DNA from: a bacterium
GTDB lineage: Bacteria; JAHJDO01
Direction: 5' to 3'
Assembly: GCA_043824255.1 (NCBI GenBank)
Contig: JBDRTG010000020.1
Coordinates: 1 to 64,000 of the forward strand
Length of the DNA stretch: 64,000 bases
Shown here piece by piece: positions 1-9,218 of the stretch. How positions within the stretch are numbered: the stretch's first letter is position 1; every line of letters starts with the position of its first letter. Made by a program: the position numbers and the translations under genes. The notes beneath the pieces were generated by a model. The model was not told the DNA's origin and made no database searches. It saw nothing but the letters and a program-made list of their open reading frames with translations.

Positions 1-19
1 CGTACGTAATTGTATCCAT
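1..19 (-). CDS. Possible 5' end of a divergent gene running off the window (MDTITY...)
   Basis: On the minus strand, SD AGGAGG (27-32) lies 7 nt before ATG at 19. Only 6 codons are visible. Confidence 0.35.
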
Positions 20-715
20 TCTTTTGCCTCCTGTTTTAAGGTTAAATTACCTGTTTATCGTTTTCGTTCTTCAATCCTAGCACAGAAAATACATGGTTTC
101 ACGTTAATAGAGTTACTTGTTGTAATAGCCATCATAGCCCTGCTTGCATCAATGCTTTTGCCTGCGCTATCAAAAGCAAGGGAGACGGGAAGAAGGATAA
201 AATGTATTAGTAATTTGAGGCAGATAGGCTTAGGTCTTCAGATGTATCTTAATGATTGGGATGACTATTTTTTCCCGTCGGGGGATGATCCATATTGGTG
301 CGATACAAACAGCTCTCGTTCATTCTGCCGTAATTACTTGGGTTCGCATTATAACGATTATAAAAAATCAGGCAATATCCTTGACTGTCCAACGAAAAGA
401 AGCGGCACAATTGAAGGGATTGCCGGCTGGACATATGTGAACTATGGATATAATGTAATGCCACAATATCTCGTTGGTAAAGCCCATAAATGCAAAAAAA
501 CCAGTGAACTGATAATGTTTGCTGATGGTTACAATGCGGAGGCTTTTACCACAACTGCTGTTTCATGGGGAGACCACTGGGATAATCCTTATCCTGACCC
601 TACTGGATGTGTGGCATGGTGCCATAATGATGGAGCAAACTTTGCCTATCTTGATGGGCATGTAGAGTGGCACAAAGAAGAGGAACTTTCGAATGCAAAC
701 TGGTTGCCATATTAA
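2..715 (+). CDS. Prepilin-type N-terminal cleavage/methylation protein, DUF1559 / H-X9-DG family (start uncertain)
   Basis: The frame is open from base 2. [30 protein letters not shown]...C.SNLRQIG begins at 95, upstream of the ORF-track ATG. C-terminal [14 protein letters not shown] motif. Confidence 0.9.
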   Translation, partial: VRNCIHSFASCFKVKLPVYRFRSSILAQKIHGFTLIELLVVIAIIALLASMLLPALSKARETGRRIKCISNLRQIGLGLQMYLNDWDDYFFPSGDDPYWCDTNSSRSFCRNYLGSHYNDYKKSGNILDCPTKRSGTIEGIAGWTYVNYGYNVMPQYLVGKAHKCKKTSELIMFADGYNAEAFTTTAVSWGDHWDNPYPDPTGCVAWCHNDGANFAYLDGHVEWHKEEELSNANWLPY

Positions 716-812
716 AACAAAATAGTTGTTAAACAATCAAATAAGAAAGGGAGGCAGTATTATGTTGGTAAGAAATGCAGAAAGTGCAGGAGTAAAATTA
801 CTAGGAGGCAAA

Positions 813-1901
813 ATGAAAACGATTAAGATAATTTTGATTATGGGAGCAGTTCTTTTATTGACCAACCTGTTAATGGCGGAAGAAAAGGTTAAAAACTTAT
901 CTATCAATGCATCCTTTGAACAAGGAGAAGAGGGCAAAGTAACCGGCTGGATTTTTTGGAACTGGGCACCTGAGGGAATAAAAAGGACCAGTATAGGTAC
1001 CTGGGACCATACTATCAGCCACAGCGGAAAATGTTCGCTAAAGGTAGAAGGATTCAGTAAAGAGCAAAGTGGATATTGGAGAAATACATATGGTCCCTTT
1101 TATTTTCCGGTGTCGATAGAAGGAGGAAAAACGTATGGGATAAGTTTCTATCTTAAAACGCAAATCCCTGAGCCCGGGGAAGACAATACAGTTGTTTTCA
1201 ATGTAAGCTCGCTGGATGTTAATCATAATGGTCTTTCGGAAGGTGGTTTATCCCATAAAGAGAAGATAACCAAAAGCAGTGACTGGAAAAGAATGCAGAC
1301 TATTGTTACTACTCCCAAAGAGGCAACAGGATTGGGTATTCACATTGGTTTCGCTGGTAAAGGAGCTGCTTGGTTTGACGATGTGGAAGTAGTTCTCTTG
1401 ACCGGGGCACAAACTTTCGAGCCTATCTGGATAGAGGCAGAGGAATATGCATCAGGCCATGACTGGACAAAAATTATTCAGGATAAAGATGCCAGTGGAG
1501 GTGCTTATGTTGAAGCAAAATATATTCTGTTACAGAATCTTCCTGTGCCTCAATTAACGGAAAAAGGGGTTCTTCTTCCCTTTTATATCTTTGCCAAAGT
1601 TCTATCCAAAGAAGAGGATGGAAAGGCCTGGCTGGGAGTTTATAGCGTGACCCAAGGAAAGGGAGTAAAAAGAGTACCTTTCTCTTCTGCTGAATGGAAA
1701 TGGGTTAGATTAGGTCCATTTTCTGCCTCTCAGTTGGGCTCAATTATTCATCTCTATGGTGGTTATGCCGCGAAGAAAGAGGAGGGTGAAGACGTAGTTT
1801 GGAGGAAGGCAGCTTTAGACGCCATTGTTTTTACTACGAAAAGCTTAACCGATAAGGAATTAAAAAATTTAGAAGAAGAAAATAAGGAAGGAATAATATG
1901 A
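813..1901 (+). CDS. Secreted protein with CBM4/9-like (galactose-binding-fold) carbohydrate-binding domains
   Basis: SD AGGAGG before ATG 813 (alternative in-frame ATG at 762). Signal peptide MKTIKIILIMGAVLLLTNLLMA. Motifs NLSINASFE...W, HSGKCSLKV, AWFDDVEV, then a second module starting WIEAEEY. Confidence 0.7.
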   Translation: MKTIKIILIMGAVLLLTNLLMAEEKVKNLSINASFEQGEEGKVTGWIFWNWAPEGIKRTSIGTWDHTISHSGKCSLKVEGFSKEQSGYWRNTYGPFYFPVSIEGGKTYGISFYLKTQIPEPGEDNTVVFNVSSLDVNHNGLSEGGLSHKEKITKSSDWKRMQTIVTTPKEATGLGIHIGFAGKGAAWFDDVEVVLLTGAQTFEPIWIEAEEYASGHDWTKIIQDKDASGGAYVEAKYILLQNLPVPQLTEKGVLLPFYIFAKVLSKEEDGKAWLGVYSVTQGKGVKRVPFSSAEWKWVRLGPFSASQLGSIIHLYGGYAAKKEEGEDVVWRKAALDAIVFTTKSLTDKELKNLEEENKEGII

Positions 1902-4828
1902 AAAAAATAGAAATTTTATCAACAGTATTATTAAGTTCATTCCTCATTTTGATGCTCAGTTCTCCCTCAGAAGCCGCGTCCAAAACAGGTTTATTAATGG
2001 TAGGAGAAACCTCTTCTCCTCCACAGATAGATGGAATATTAAATGATTCCTGCTGGAGAAAAGCGATCGAGGTTTCTCCCTTTATCCTGAAAAATCAAAA
2101 TAAGTTTGCTAAAGAGCAGACAAAAGTTTATCTATGTTACGATAAAGATAATCTCTATCTTGCTTTCAGATGTGAGGCAAGTTGCCTTAACCCGGTAAAT
2201 CAGCAATTGGATGCTTTTGAGAAGGATACCAAAGCAAATGACGATGATAAACTTTTCAAGGATGACTGTATCGTCATTCTCTTAGATACCAATAGAGACA
2301 AAAATACCTTCTTTGATATCTTCATCAATGGACAAGGAGCAATCAATGATGCAAAGTGTGAAGGTAAAAATCCCTGGAGAGATAGAGACAAGAAATGGAA
2401 CAGTAAGGCAAAAGTTTCTACTAAAATAGAGAATAGCTACTGGGGAGTTGAGATGTCTATTCCTTTTTCTTCACTTAATACCACAGTTAAAGAGAGAGAT
2501 TTCTGGGGAATATGCCTGGGCAGGATAGAGCAGAATAAGAAAGAAGCCAGCCTCTGGCAGCCAATGGAGAGTGGCTTCCATAATGCTAAGGAATTTGGAA
2601 GAATTGTCTTTGGAAAGGATATTCCGGGAATTAGATCGGTGAAATTAGGTAGGTTTAACACAGGCAAGAATAGTCTAAAGTTTAAAGCAATAAATAATAG
2701 CGAGAAAAGCAGAAAGATAAGAATTGGTATAGAATTAGGTCCACTATATAAAGCAAAGGAGAGGCAGTCTCAGGATTATGTTATTCTACCTGACAGAATT
2801 GAGGATATAGATTTCCTCTATACCCTCAGTAGAGAAGGAGAGATAAACTTCAGGTATTATCTTCAGAACCCCTCTAATTTCAAGAATTATTATCAATCCC
2901 CTCTTTATTCCTTAATGGTAGAATCTGCTTCTATAAAGATAAGCATCAAAAGTAAAGGCGAATATAAACTCTATCTGAATAATGAAGAAATAGATAAAGA
3001 AGCTCCTCTTTATCAGGGTAAGAATATCATCCGGATAGATACTGATGATAAGGATATAGAAGCCTCATTCCTCGTGGGAGAGGAGAGGTTTAATTTAGAT
3101 AAGAGCTGGGAATATTCTAAAGAAGAAAAGAGTAACACCTTCTCCTTTAAGAGAACCATTCTCTTTCATCAGAGCAAAATCTGGCCACCCAATGGCGCGA
3201 TCTATATTGCCAGAGGTTCAACTACTGAATTCTGGCATCTGATGGAGGGGATAAAAGGAGAAGTATTAAAGGATTATCGGTTTTGCCTTGAGGTGCCTGA
3301 GGGAACAGAGATTATTGGAGCTACCTGTTTCTATAAGAAAAATTTTGTTGCTCTCTCTTCAAAAAATATCAAAAGGAATGGCAAAAATTACAAAAAATAT
3401 ATCCTGACCCTTGAGAAACCCATTCCCTTTGCCGGGAAAGAACAACTCACCTCCTCTGCTACTCACTGCTACATTGGAATAAAGGCATTAAAGGATGTCA
3501 AAGAAGAGAATAAGATGTATTACTACATAGAGACAGAGGGAATGAGCGAGATACCCAATGCTGTGCCGATCAGGGTATTACCGGCTCTGCAGGGTAAAAG
3601 ACCGAAGAAGATATGTGTTGACCTCTGGGGTGGATGTGAAAGTAGAGGGGAAAGCCTCTCCTTAGTGGAGAATATCTTTGCGACATTAAAAATGAGTGGG
3701 GTTAAAAGTTATGGCTTCTCTCCCGCTAACCCGGAGATGCTTGAGTTAATCAGGAAATATGAGATTAAAACATTTACTGGAACACCCTGGCCCTTTGGGA
3801 TAGTTCAGTTCAATCAAGAACACCCGGAATTCCAGAGGATAGATAAGGATGGAAACCGACAAGTACGAGAATGGTGCTCCAATGCATTCAAGAATAAGGA
3901 ATTCTTGAATTATATTGAAAAGTTTTATACTGAATATCAGAAGAAATGCCATGTAGATGAGATTAACTGGGATATTGAGCACCCTCCCTTTACCGGACCT
4001 ACCTCCTGTTATTGCCCCAAATGTTTAAACGATTTCAGAAAATACGCAGGTTTATCCGGAGATACCAAACTAAACTATGAAATCATTAAATCAAAATATA
4101 GGGAGCAATGGATAGATTTCAGCTGTCAGCAGATTGCCGATGTCGCAGCTGTTCACCGAAAGATAATTAAGAAAAATAATCCGGAAGTGATGTTCTCTAT
4201 CTACACTGGATATCAAACTCTGGTAAACAGAGATAATGTCTGTACAGATTGGAAGCTTTATGGAAAGTATTGCGAGAAGGCAATATGTGGATATGGCAGA
4301 CCCAGGAAGAAGTATATTGAGAATACCCGCAAGATTCTCCAGGGATGTAATGTACCATTAGTCGGTGGAATCTTATTGGCTAATTACCGATATAATGTGA
4401 TGGAGCCGACAACTCAGGCTACCAAAGCTAAGATAATGAGAAGATTGCTTGATTGCGGTGGGGTGATGGTATATACCAACTCTCGCGGATTAGATGGCAG
4501 AACCTATTATGCTCTGGCTGAGACCACGAGGTTTATTTCCGATTATGAGAGTCTCTTTATCTCCCATCAAAAAGACAACTCTCTGGTTGAGGTTTCCGGA
4601 ATGAGTCCGGATGATGTTACTGTATTTACAGATGGAAAAACACGGCTAATTCTTCTGGTTAATGAGAGCAATACAAAGAAAAAAGTCAGAGTAATTAATC
4701 AGAAGTTTAGTAAGAAGATGAAGGTCTATGATTACTACAAGGAAAAGGACTTAGGGAACTTAGGAGAAATAATCACTGAAATTTTTCCTCATGATGTAGA
4801 AGCGTTTGTCGTTACAGCTGTAGATTGA
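1898..4828 (+). CDS. Large secreted protein: N-terminal CBM9-like sugar-binding domain plus C-terminal putative glycoside-hydrolase-like TIM barrel
   Basis: Signal peptide; PQIDGILNDSCW, YDKDNLYLAF and WGVEMSIPF (CBM9-like); later WDIEHP and CYCPKC...FRKY, reminiscent of GH42-like Zn-site hydrolases. Confidence 0.65.
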   Translation: MKKIEILSTVLLSSFLILMLSSPSEAASKTGLLMVGETSSPPQIDGILNDSCWRKAIEVSPFILKNQNKFAKEQTKVYLCYDKDNLYLAFRCEASCLNPVNQQLDAFEKDTKANDDDKLFKDDCIVILLDTNRDKNTFFDIFINGQGAINDAKCEGKNPWRDRDKKWNSKAKVSTKIENSYWGVEMSIPFSSLNTTVKERDFWGICLGRIEQNKKEASLWQPMESGFHNAKEFGRIVFGKDIPGIRSVKLGRFNTGKNSLKFKAINNSEKSRKIRIGIELGPLYKAKERQSQDYVILPDRIEDIDFLYTLSREGEINFRYYLQNPSNFKNYYQSPLYSLMVESASIKISIKSKGEYKLYLNNEEIDKEAPLYQGKNIIRIDTDDKDIEASFLVGEERFNLDKSWEYSKEEKSNTFSFKRTILFHQSKIWPPNGAIYIARGSTTEFWHLMEGIKGEVLKDYRFCLEVPEGTEIIGATCFYKKNFVALSSKNIKRNGKNYKKYILTLEKPIPFAGKEQLTSSATHCYIGIKALKDVKEENKMYYYIETEGMSEIPNAVPIRVLPALQGKRPKKICVDLWGGCESRGESLSLVENIFATLKMSGVKSYGFSPANPEMLELIRKYEIKTFTGTPWPFGIVQFNQEHPEFQRIDKDGNRQVREWCSNAFKNKEFLNYIEKFYTEYQKKCHVDEINWDIEHPPFTGPTSCYCPKCLNDFRKYAGLSGDTKLNYEIIKSKYREQWIDFSCQQIADVAAVHRKIIKKNNPEVMFSIYTGYQTLVNRDNVCTDWKLYGKYCEKAICGYGRPRKKYIENTRKILQGCNVPLVGGILLANYRYNVMEPTTQATKAKIMRRLLDCGGVMVYTNSRGLDGRTYYALAETTRFISDYESLFISHQKDNSLVEVSGMSPDDVTVFTDGKTRLILLVNESNTKKKVRVINQKFSKKMKVYDYYKEKDLGNLGEIITEIFPHDVEAFVVTAVD

Positions 4829-4843
4829 AAAAACAGGAGAGGA

Positions 4844-5671
4844 ATGAAGAAAGAACATATAAAAGAGAAAATAGTAGTACCTAAATATCCATATCGTAGT
4901 TTTGTTAAGGAAGTTGATTTTCTTGATAAAAAAAGGTATGCAAAAGAACTTCAGGAGCTCTCAAAAAAAAGATATGATGTGGTTAATTTTACTACTGCTG
5001 TTGACTTAGATGAAAAAGGAGAAATTCGCCTAAATGATAAAATTCGTGTTGTTTACATTGTTGATATTGATAACCCTTTTCTCAATACTGCGTTAGAAAT
5101 GGCAGAAATGAATAACGAATATGGAATCCCCTGCACATTTAATCCCCGACTCTATCATTTTGAAGACGATAAAATGGATTCCATCATCAAGAAAATTTCT
5201 CATATACCAAACCAGGAAATCGGTTATCAATATGAGGAGGTTGCTGATGCCAAAGGGAATATTAAAAAAGCCAGAGAGGCATTCGGGAATAATTTGGAAT
5301 ACGTCAATACAAAATATAAAATAAAGACGCTAATGGCGCATGGAAGAACAGGCGAAGGTTATCACACAGGTGCCCTTTTTAGGGATAGAAGTAAGTATAA
5401 TCCTGGATTATGGGAGAAATTTGGTCTTCGCCATAAAGCAGATTTTTATTATTTTATTAAAACTATCAATGGCGGTATATACTATTTCAACGAGAGCACG
5501 AGATTTCAGGCAGAAGAATATGTTGAAACTTTGAAATGTTTTAAGCCAAATAATATAGCAGTTATGCTCCATCACTCCAGCTATTTGCATAAAGGGATTA
5601 AAGATCGACCTAATAGGAAAATCTTTAAAGGGATGGATGGAGTGGCTCATATTTTCCCTGAAAAAGATTAG
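4844..5671 (+). CDS. Polysaccharide-deacetylase-like (NodB fold) protein with degenerate motifs
   Basis: SD AGGAG; pattern DID...ALEMAE...GIPCTF...EIGYQYE...TLMAHG. Confidence 0.5.
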   Translation: MKKEHIKEKIVVPKYPYRSFVKEVDFLDKKRYAKELQELSKKRYDVVNFTTAVDLDEKGEIRLNDKIRVVYIVDIDNPFLNTALEMAEMNNEYGIPCTFNPRLYHFEDDKMDSIIKKISHIPNQEIGYQYEEVADAKGNIKKAREAFGNNLEYVNTKYKIKTLMAHGRTGEGYHTGALFRDRSKYNPGLWEKFGLRHKADFYYFIKTINGGIYYFNESTRFQAEEYVETLKCFKPNNIAVMLHHSSYLHKGIKDRPNRKIFKGMDGVAHIFPEKD

Positions 5672-5777
5672 AAAATGCAAAAAAATACAATAGTTAGGAT
5701 TAGGAGATGGCAGGAAATGAACTTTATATGCTTTATAGGATGGATAATCACGAAAAATTTCAGAGAAGGGTAAAGCT

Positions 5778-5820
5778 TATGGCTATAAGGACAGCTATTA
5801 TTGGTTATGGACGCAGTGGA
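5778..5820 (+). repeat. 43-bp exact direct repeat, copy 1
   Basis: TATGGCTATAAGGACAGCTATTATTGGTTATGGACGCAGTGGA, identical to 8188-8230. Confidence 0.95.
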
Positions 5821-5868
5821 GGGAAACTTCAATTAAAAGAGCCGACCGTGTTTAGGAACTGTTGCTAA
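5779..5868 (+). pseudogene. 5' remnant of a Gfo/Idh/MocA oxidoreductase gene (MAIRTAIIGYGRSGGKLQ...stop)
   Basis: The first 14 codons are identical to the gene at 8189; the frame stops after 29 codons. Confidence 0.75.
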
Positions 5869-5897
5869 GAATGTATTCATAAGATGGAGAAATAAAT

Positions 5898-6659
5898 ATG
5901 GTAAATTTGGAAAATAAGGTTGCGATTGTTACTGGAGCAGCACGTGGAATTGGACGCGGATGTGCGCTGGAAATGGCAAAAGCTGGTGCAGATGTTGTTG
6001 TGACAGACTGTGCACATCCAGAAGAATCGCAAGAGGTAGCAGAACTTGTTCAAAAGATAGGGCGCAAAGCAATTGTTGTCCCACTGGACGTTGCAGAGAG
6101 ACAGGAAGTTGAGGATATGGTGCAAGCAGTGCGAGAAAAATTTGGCAAGATTAATATCCTTGTCAATAATGCTGCAGCAAGTATTCAGAAGCCGTTTTTG
6201 GAGATATCTGTTGAAGATATGGCGCACGTCTTGAATGTCAGTCTCTGGGGTGTGTTCCATTGCAGTCAGCTGATTGCATCTGTCATGGTCGAACAGGGTC
6301 AGGGTGGGAAAATTATTATTATTAGTTCGCTTCATGCTTCCATCCCGAAAATCAACTCATTGGCTTACAATACGGCTAAAGCCGCCATCAATCAGATGGG
6401 TTATACAATGGCAGCTGAACTAGCACAATACCATATCAACGTTAATGTCATCGAACCAGGATCCACGGACACGCCTGGAGAACGCGCATTCTATACAGAG
6501 AAAGAGATAAAAAAAGAGGGAGAAGAGTTACCATGGGGACGATTGGCTACAATCGAAGACATTGGCAAAGCTACGGCTTTTCTCGCTTCTGACGCCGCCG
6601 ATTACATCACTGGTGCATGCCTGCGTGTAGATGGAGGGTTTTGGTTGCCATGGAAGTAA
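5898..6659 (+). CDS. SDR family NAD(P)-dependent oxidoreductase
   Basis: TGAARGIG, NNAA, catalytic YNTAK, C-terminal DYITGACLRVDGG. Confidence 0.93.
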   Translation: MVNLENKVAIVTGAARGIGRGCALEMAKAGADVVVTDCAHPEESQEVAELVQKIGRKAIVVPLDVAERQEVEDMVQAVREKFGKINILVNNAAASIQKPFLEISVEDMAHVLNVSLWGVFHCSQLIASVMVEQGQGGKIIIISSLHASIPKINSLAYNTAKAAINQMGYTMAAELAQYHINVNVIEPGSTDTPGERAFYTEKEIKKEGEELPWGRLATIEDIGKATAFLASDAADYITGACLRVDGGFWLPWK

Positions 6660-6660
6660 A

Positions 6661-6718
6661 AAAATCGAACAAAAAAGCGATTTATTCTGAAGACAGCCAT
6701 ATTTTGTAGTGTTAGAAT
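6661..6718 (+). promoter_or_regulatory. Conserved promoter/operator module, copy A
   Basis: AAATCG-N10-CGATTT dyad, -35 AAGACA, 17 bp, extended -10 TG-T-TAGAAT. The first 34 nt match 8108-8141 with 3 mismatches. Confidence 0.6.
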
Positions 6719-6879
6719 CTAACTCAATAAAATAAAAACACAATGACTTCAAGAGAAATTCTAATAGCCAGCTATAGTGCAAATGCAAAGCTAGTTCTAT
6801 TCCCTCCCGCTTTTTATAGGGACATTGTCTGTAAGATTAAGAGAATAGATTAAAATACAGAATACGGGGGTAAAATTTT

Positions 6880-8127
6880 ATGAGTACTAAAAAAGATGTA
6901 CAGATACTTAGAGAACTGGCTAGAAAATATGTTGAGATTTGCAACAAGGATATTCAAAAGGAACGTCGTGACCTGTGGCGACAACACAATAGCTTTATTA
7001 GAACACAAATTCCCATCTATGTGCGTGCCTTTGCATGGAAAGAGATGCCTGAGGCCATCTTGAAATGTGAAGGCCCTTTTTTTCGCAGTCATGAGAATTT
7101 CCTGCGCCAGATGATTTTTCAGGATACAATAGGAGATGATTACATATTTGAACCATGGGTCACGCAAAAAGTCTCGTATGTTTCTGAAGCTGAGGGAATT
7201 TGGGGCCCTAAGATTGGTCGCACACTAAGCTCTGAAGAGCGCGGTTCATGGAAATACGATCCTCCTATTAAAGATTTGCAGGATATTGACAAAATGGTTA
7301 TGCCCCATCATATAATTGATGAGAAGAAAACTGCTAGGAATGTAGCGCGTCTTGAAGAAGCAATCGGCAATATTCTCACAGTAAACGTAGACAGAGCTCC
7401 TCTTTATAAAATCTGGAATGCTGATATTTCAACTCAACTGGCTAATCTGCGTGGGCTGGAACAGATTATGTGGGATATGACAGACAATCCCGAATGGCTA
7501 AATAGACTTCTTTCCTTTATGCGTGATGGAATTCTGAGAGCCCATCAGGAGGCTGAAGATATAGGAGATTGGTGTTTATGTGACCATTATAATCAGGCAA
7601 TGCCTTATGCTGAGGAGTTGCCTGATCCAAAGGCAAACAGTAAGCCTGTTACCCGTGATAAGTTGTGGATATTCATGGCAGCACAGGAGTTTACTCTTAT
7701 ATCACCGCAAATGCATGAGGAGTTTATGCTTAATTACCAGTTGCCAATTATGGAGAAGTTTGGTCTTGTTTCATATGGGTGCTGCGAGGATCTCACTGAA
7801 AAGATAGACATGCTTCGTAGAATCCCTAATCTGAGGCGCATTGCTGTAACACCATGGGCTGATTTGCAGAGATGTGTTGAGCAGATTCAACAGGATTATA
7901 TTATCTCGTGGAGACCAAATCCAGCTGATATGGTAAGCCGTGGGTTTAATCCTGATCATGTTCGCAAAGTTGTTAAAAACGCAATTGAAATTGCAAAAGG
8001 ATGTTATATTGATATTACCCTGAAAGATGTAGAAACAGTAGAGAATGATCCTAATAGAGTCCGAGAGTGGGTAAGAATTGTTAGAGATGTTTGTTCTTCA
8101 GTAGTGGAAAATCCAACAAAAAAGTGA
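6880..8127 (+). CDS. Uroporphyrinogen decarboxylase (URO-D/MtaA)-superfamily-like protein
   Basis: LRGLEQIMWDMTDNPEW, LISPQMHEEFML.YQLP, YGCCE, SWRPNP; TIM-barrel URO-D-like family. Confidence 0.7.
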   Translation: MSTKKDVQILRELARKYVEICNKDIQKERRDLWRQHNSFIRTQIPIYVRAFAWKEMPEAILKCEGPFFRSHENFLRQMIFQDTIGDDYIFEPWVTQKVSYVSEAEGIWGPKIGRTLSSEERGSWKYDPPIKDLQDIDKMVMPHHIIDEKKTARNVARLEEAIGNILTVNVDRAPLYKIWNADISTQLANLRGLEQIMWDMTDNPEWLNRLLSFMRDGILRAHQEAEDIGDWCLCDHYNQAMPYAEELPDPKANSKPVTRDKLWIFMAAQEFTLISPQMHEEFMLNYQLPIMEKFGLVSYGCCEDLTEKIDMLRRIPNLRRIAVTPWADLQRCVEQIQQDYIISWRPNPADMVSRGFNPDHVRKVVKNAIEIAKGCYIDITLKDVETVENDPNRVREWVRIVRDVCSSVVENPTKK

Positions 8128-8165
8128 TTTATTCTAAAGACGTTCGTGCTTTTATATGTTAAAAT
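8108..8165 (+). promoter_or_regulatory. Conserved promoter/operator module, copy B
   Basis: AAATC-N12-GATTT dyad, -35 AAGACG, 17 bp, extended -10 TG-T-TAAAAT; gap-free colinear with 6661-6718. Confidence 0.6.
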
Positions 8166-8187
8166 TCTGCAAAAACAGGTTAAATTC

Positions 8188-8230
8188 TATGGCTATAAGG
8201 ACAGCTATTATTGGTTATGGACGCAGTGGA
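8188..8230 (+). repeat. 43-bp exact direct repeat, copy 2
   Basis: Identical to 5778-5820; forms the 5' end of the intact oxidoreductase. Confidence 0.95.
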
Positions 8231-9193
8231 AGCAGTTTACATGCAGACCCACTTGAAGCTTTGTCTGAGTATGAGGTAGTGGCTGTATGTGACCCTGATA
8301 AGGAAAGGCAGAAAATAGCCCATCAGCGCTTTGGATGTCCAACATATAGCGGCTTGTCATTGTTGCTCAAAAAAGAAAAAATAGACCTTGCATGCATTAT
8401 TACAAGAAGCGACCAGCACACTCACATGGCAATTGAAGCTATGACAAAAGGAGCACATGTTCTGGTTACGAAACCCATGGCAGTTAATGCAACTCAGGCA
8501 AAAAAAATGCTGGATGTTTCAAAAAAATACAAAAAGATACTAGCGCCATGGCAGCCGTCTCGCTGGGGAACAGATTTTACACAGATTAAGAAAATAATTA
8601 CAGGGGGTAAAATTGGTAAGGTGTTCAGTATTCAAAGAAATTTTTTATTCTATGATGTGCGTAACGACTGGCAGACAAAGAGCAAATTCGGCGGTGGTTA
8701 TCTTCTGAACTGGGGAGCACATCTTGTTGACCAGATTATAGAGCTTGTCGATAAACCTGTGGAGGCCGTCTGGGGAAAGCTCTGGCAGGTTATTAACCCA
8801 GGAGATGTTGAGGATAGTTTTAAAGCAGTTCTTACATTTAAAGACTCCAATATAGTCGGTGAAATAAATGTCGGGATCGGAACAGAACAGCTTCCCCGCT
8901 GGTTTATACAGGGTAGCAAGGGTACTATCACCTCGGATAAGCAATATATCTATTCTATCTCTCCAGAAGAGAAACCAGAGTTTCGCATGAAATCTAATAA
9001 GGGAGATATTATACAAAGAATGCCTGTGGGAAAGTTTATCTATGGGGATGCTTTTATAATTTACGAAGAATTGGCTCAGGCGATACGCGGCAAAAACCCT
9101 TTCGCCGTTACACCTGAGAGCGTAGTAAATCTCATGAAAGTGCTGGACGCTGTCCGGGAATCTAATAAAAGAAAAAAGACTATTAAATTATGA
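8189..9193 (+). CDS. Gfo/Idh/MocA family oxidoreductase
   Basis: IIGYGRSG Rossmann motif, HVLVTKPMA, GGYLLNWGAHLVD. Confidence 0.92.
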   Translation: MAIRTAIIGYGRSGSSLHADPLEALSEYEVVAVCDPDKERQKIAHQRFGCPTYSGLSLLLKKEKIDLACIITRSDQHTHMAIEAMTKGAHVLVTKPMAVNATQAKKMLDVSKKYKKILAPWQPSRWGTDFTQIKKIITGGKIGKVFSIQRNFLFYDVRNDWQTKSKFGGGYLLNWGAHLVDQIIELVDKPVEAVWGKLWQVINPGDVEDSFKAVLTFKDSNIVGEINVGIGTEQLPRWFIQGSKGTITSDKQYIYSISPEEKPEFRMKSNKGDIIQRMPVGKFIYGDAFIIYEELAQAIRGKNPFAVTPESVVNLMKVLDAVRESNKRKKTIKL

Positions 9194-9218
9194 TATTAAA
9201 ATAAAACAGGAGGTAACA

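Noticed and set aside
5674..5772. 32-codon ORF MQKNTIVRIRRW...
   Set aside because: No SD and no recognisable motif; probably spacer or debris.
6661..8165. Reading the duplicated module as integron attC sites (ATCCAAC...GTTAAAA)
   Set aside because: No internal L-box dyad, and the R' ends do not fit GTTRRRY. A 17-bp-spaced promoter explains the conservation better.
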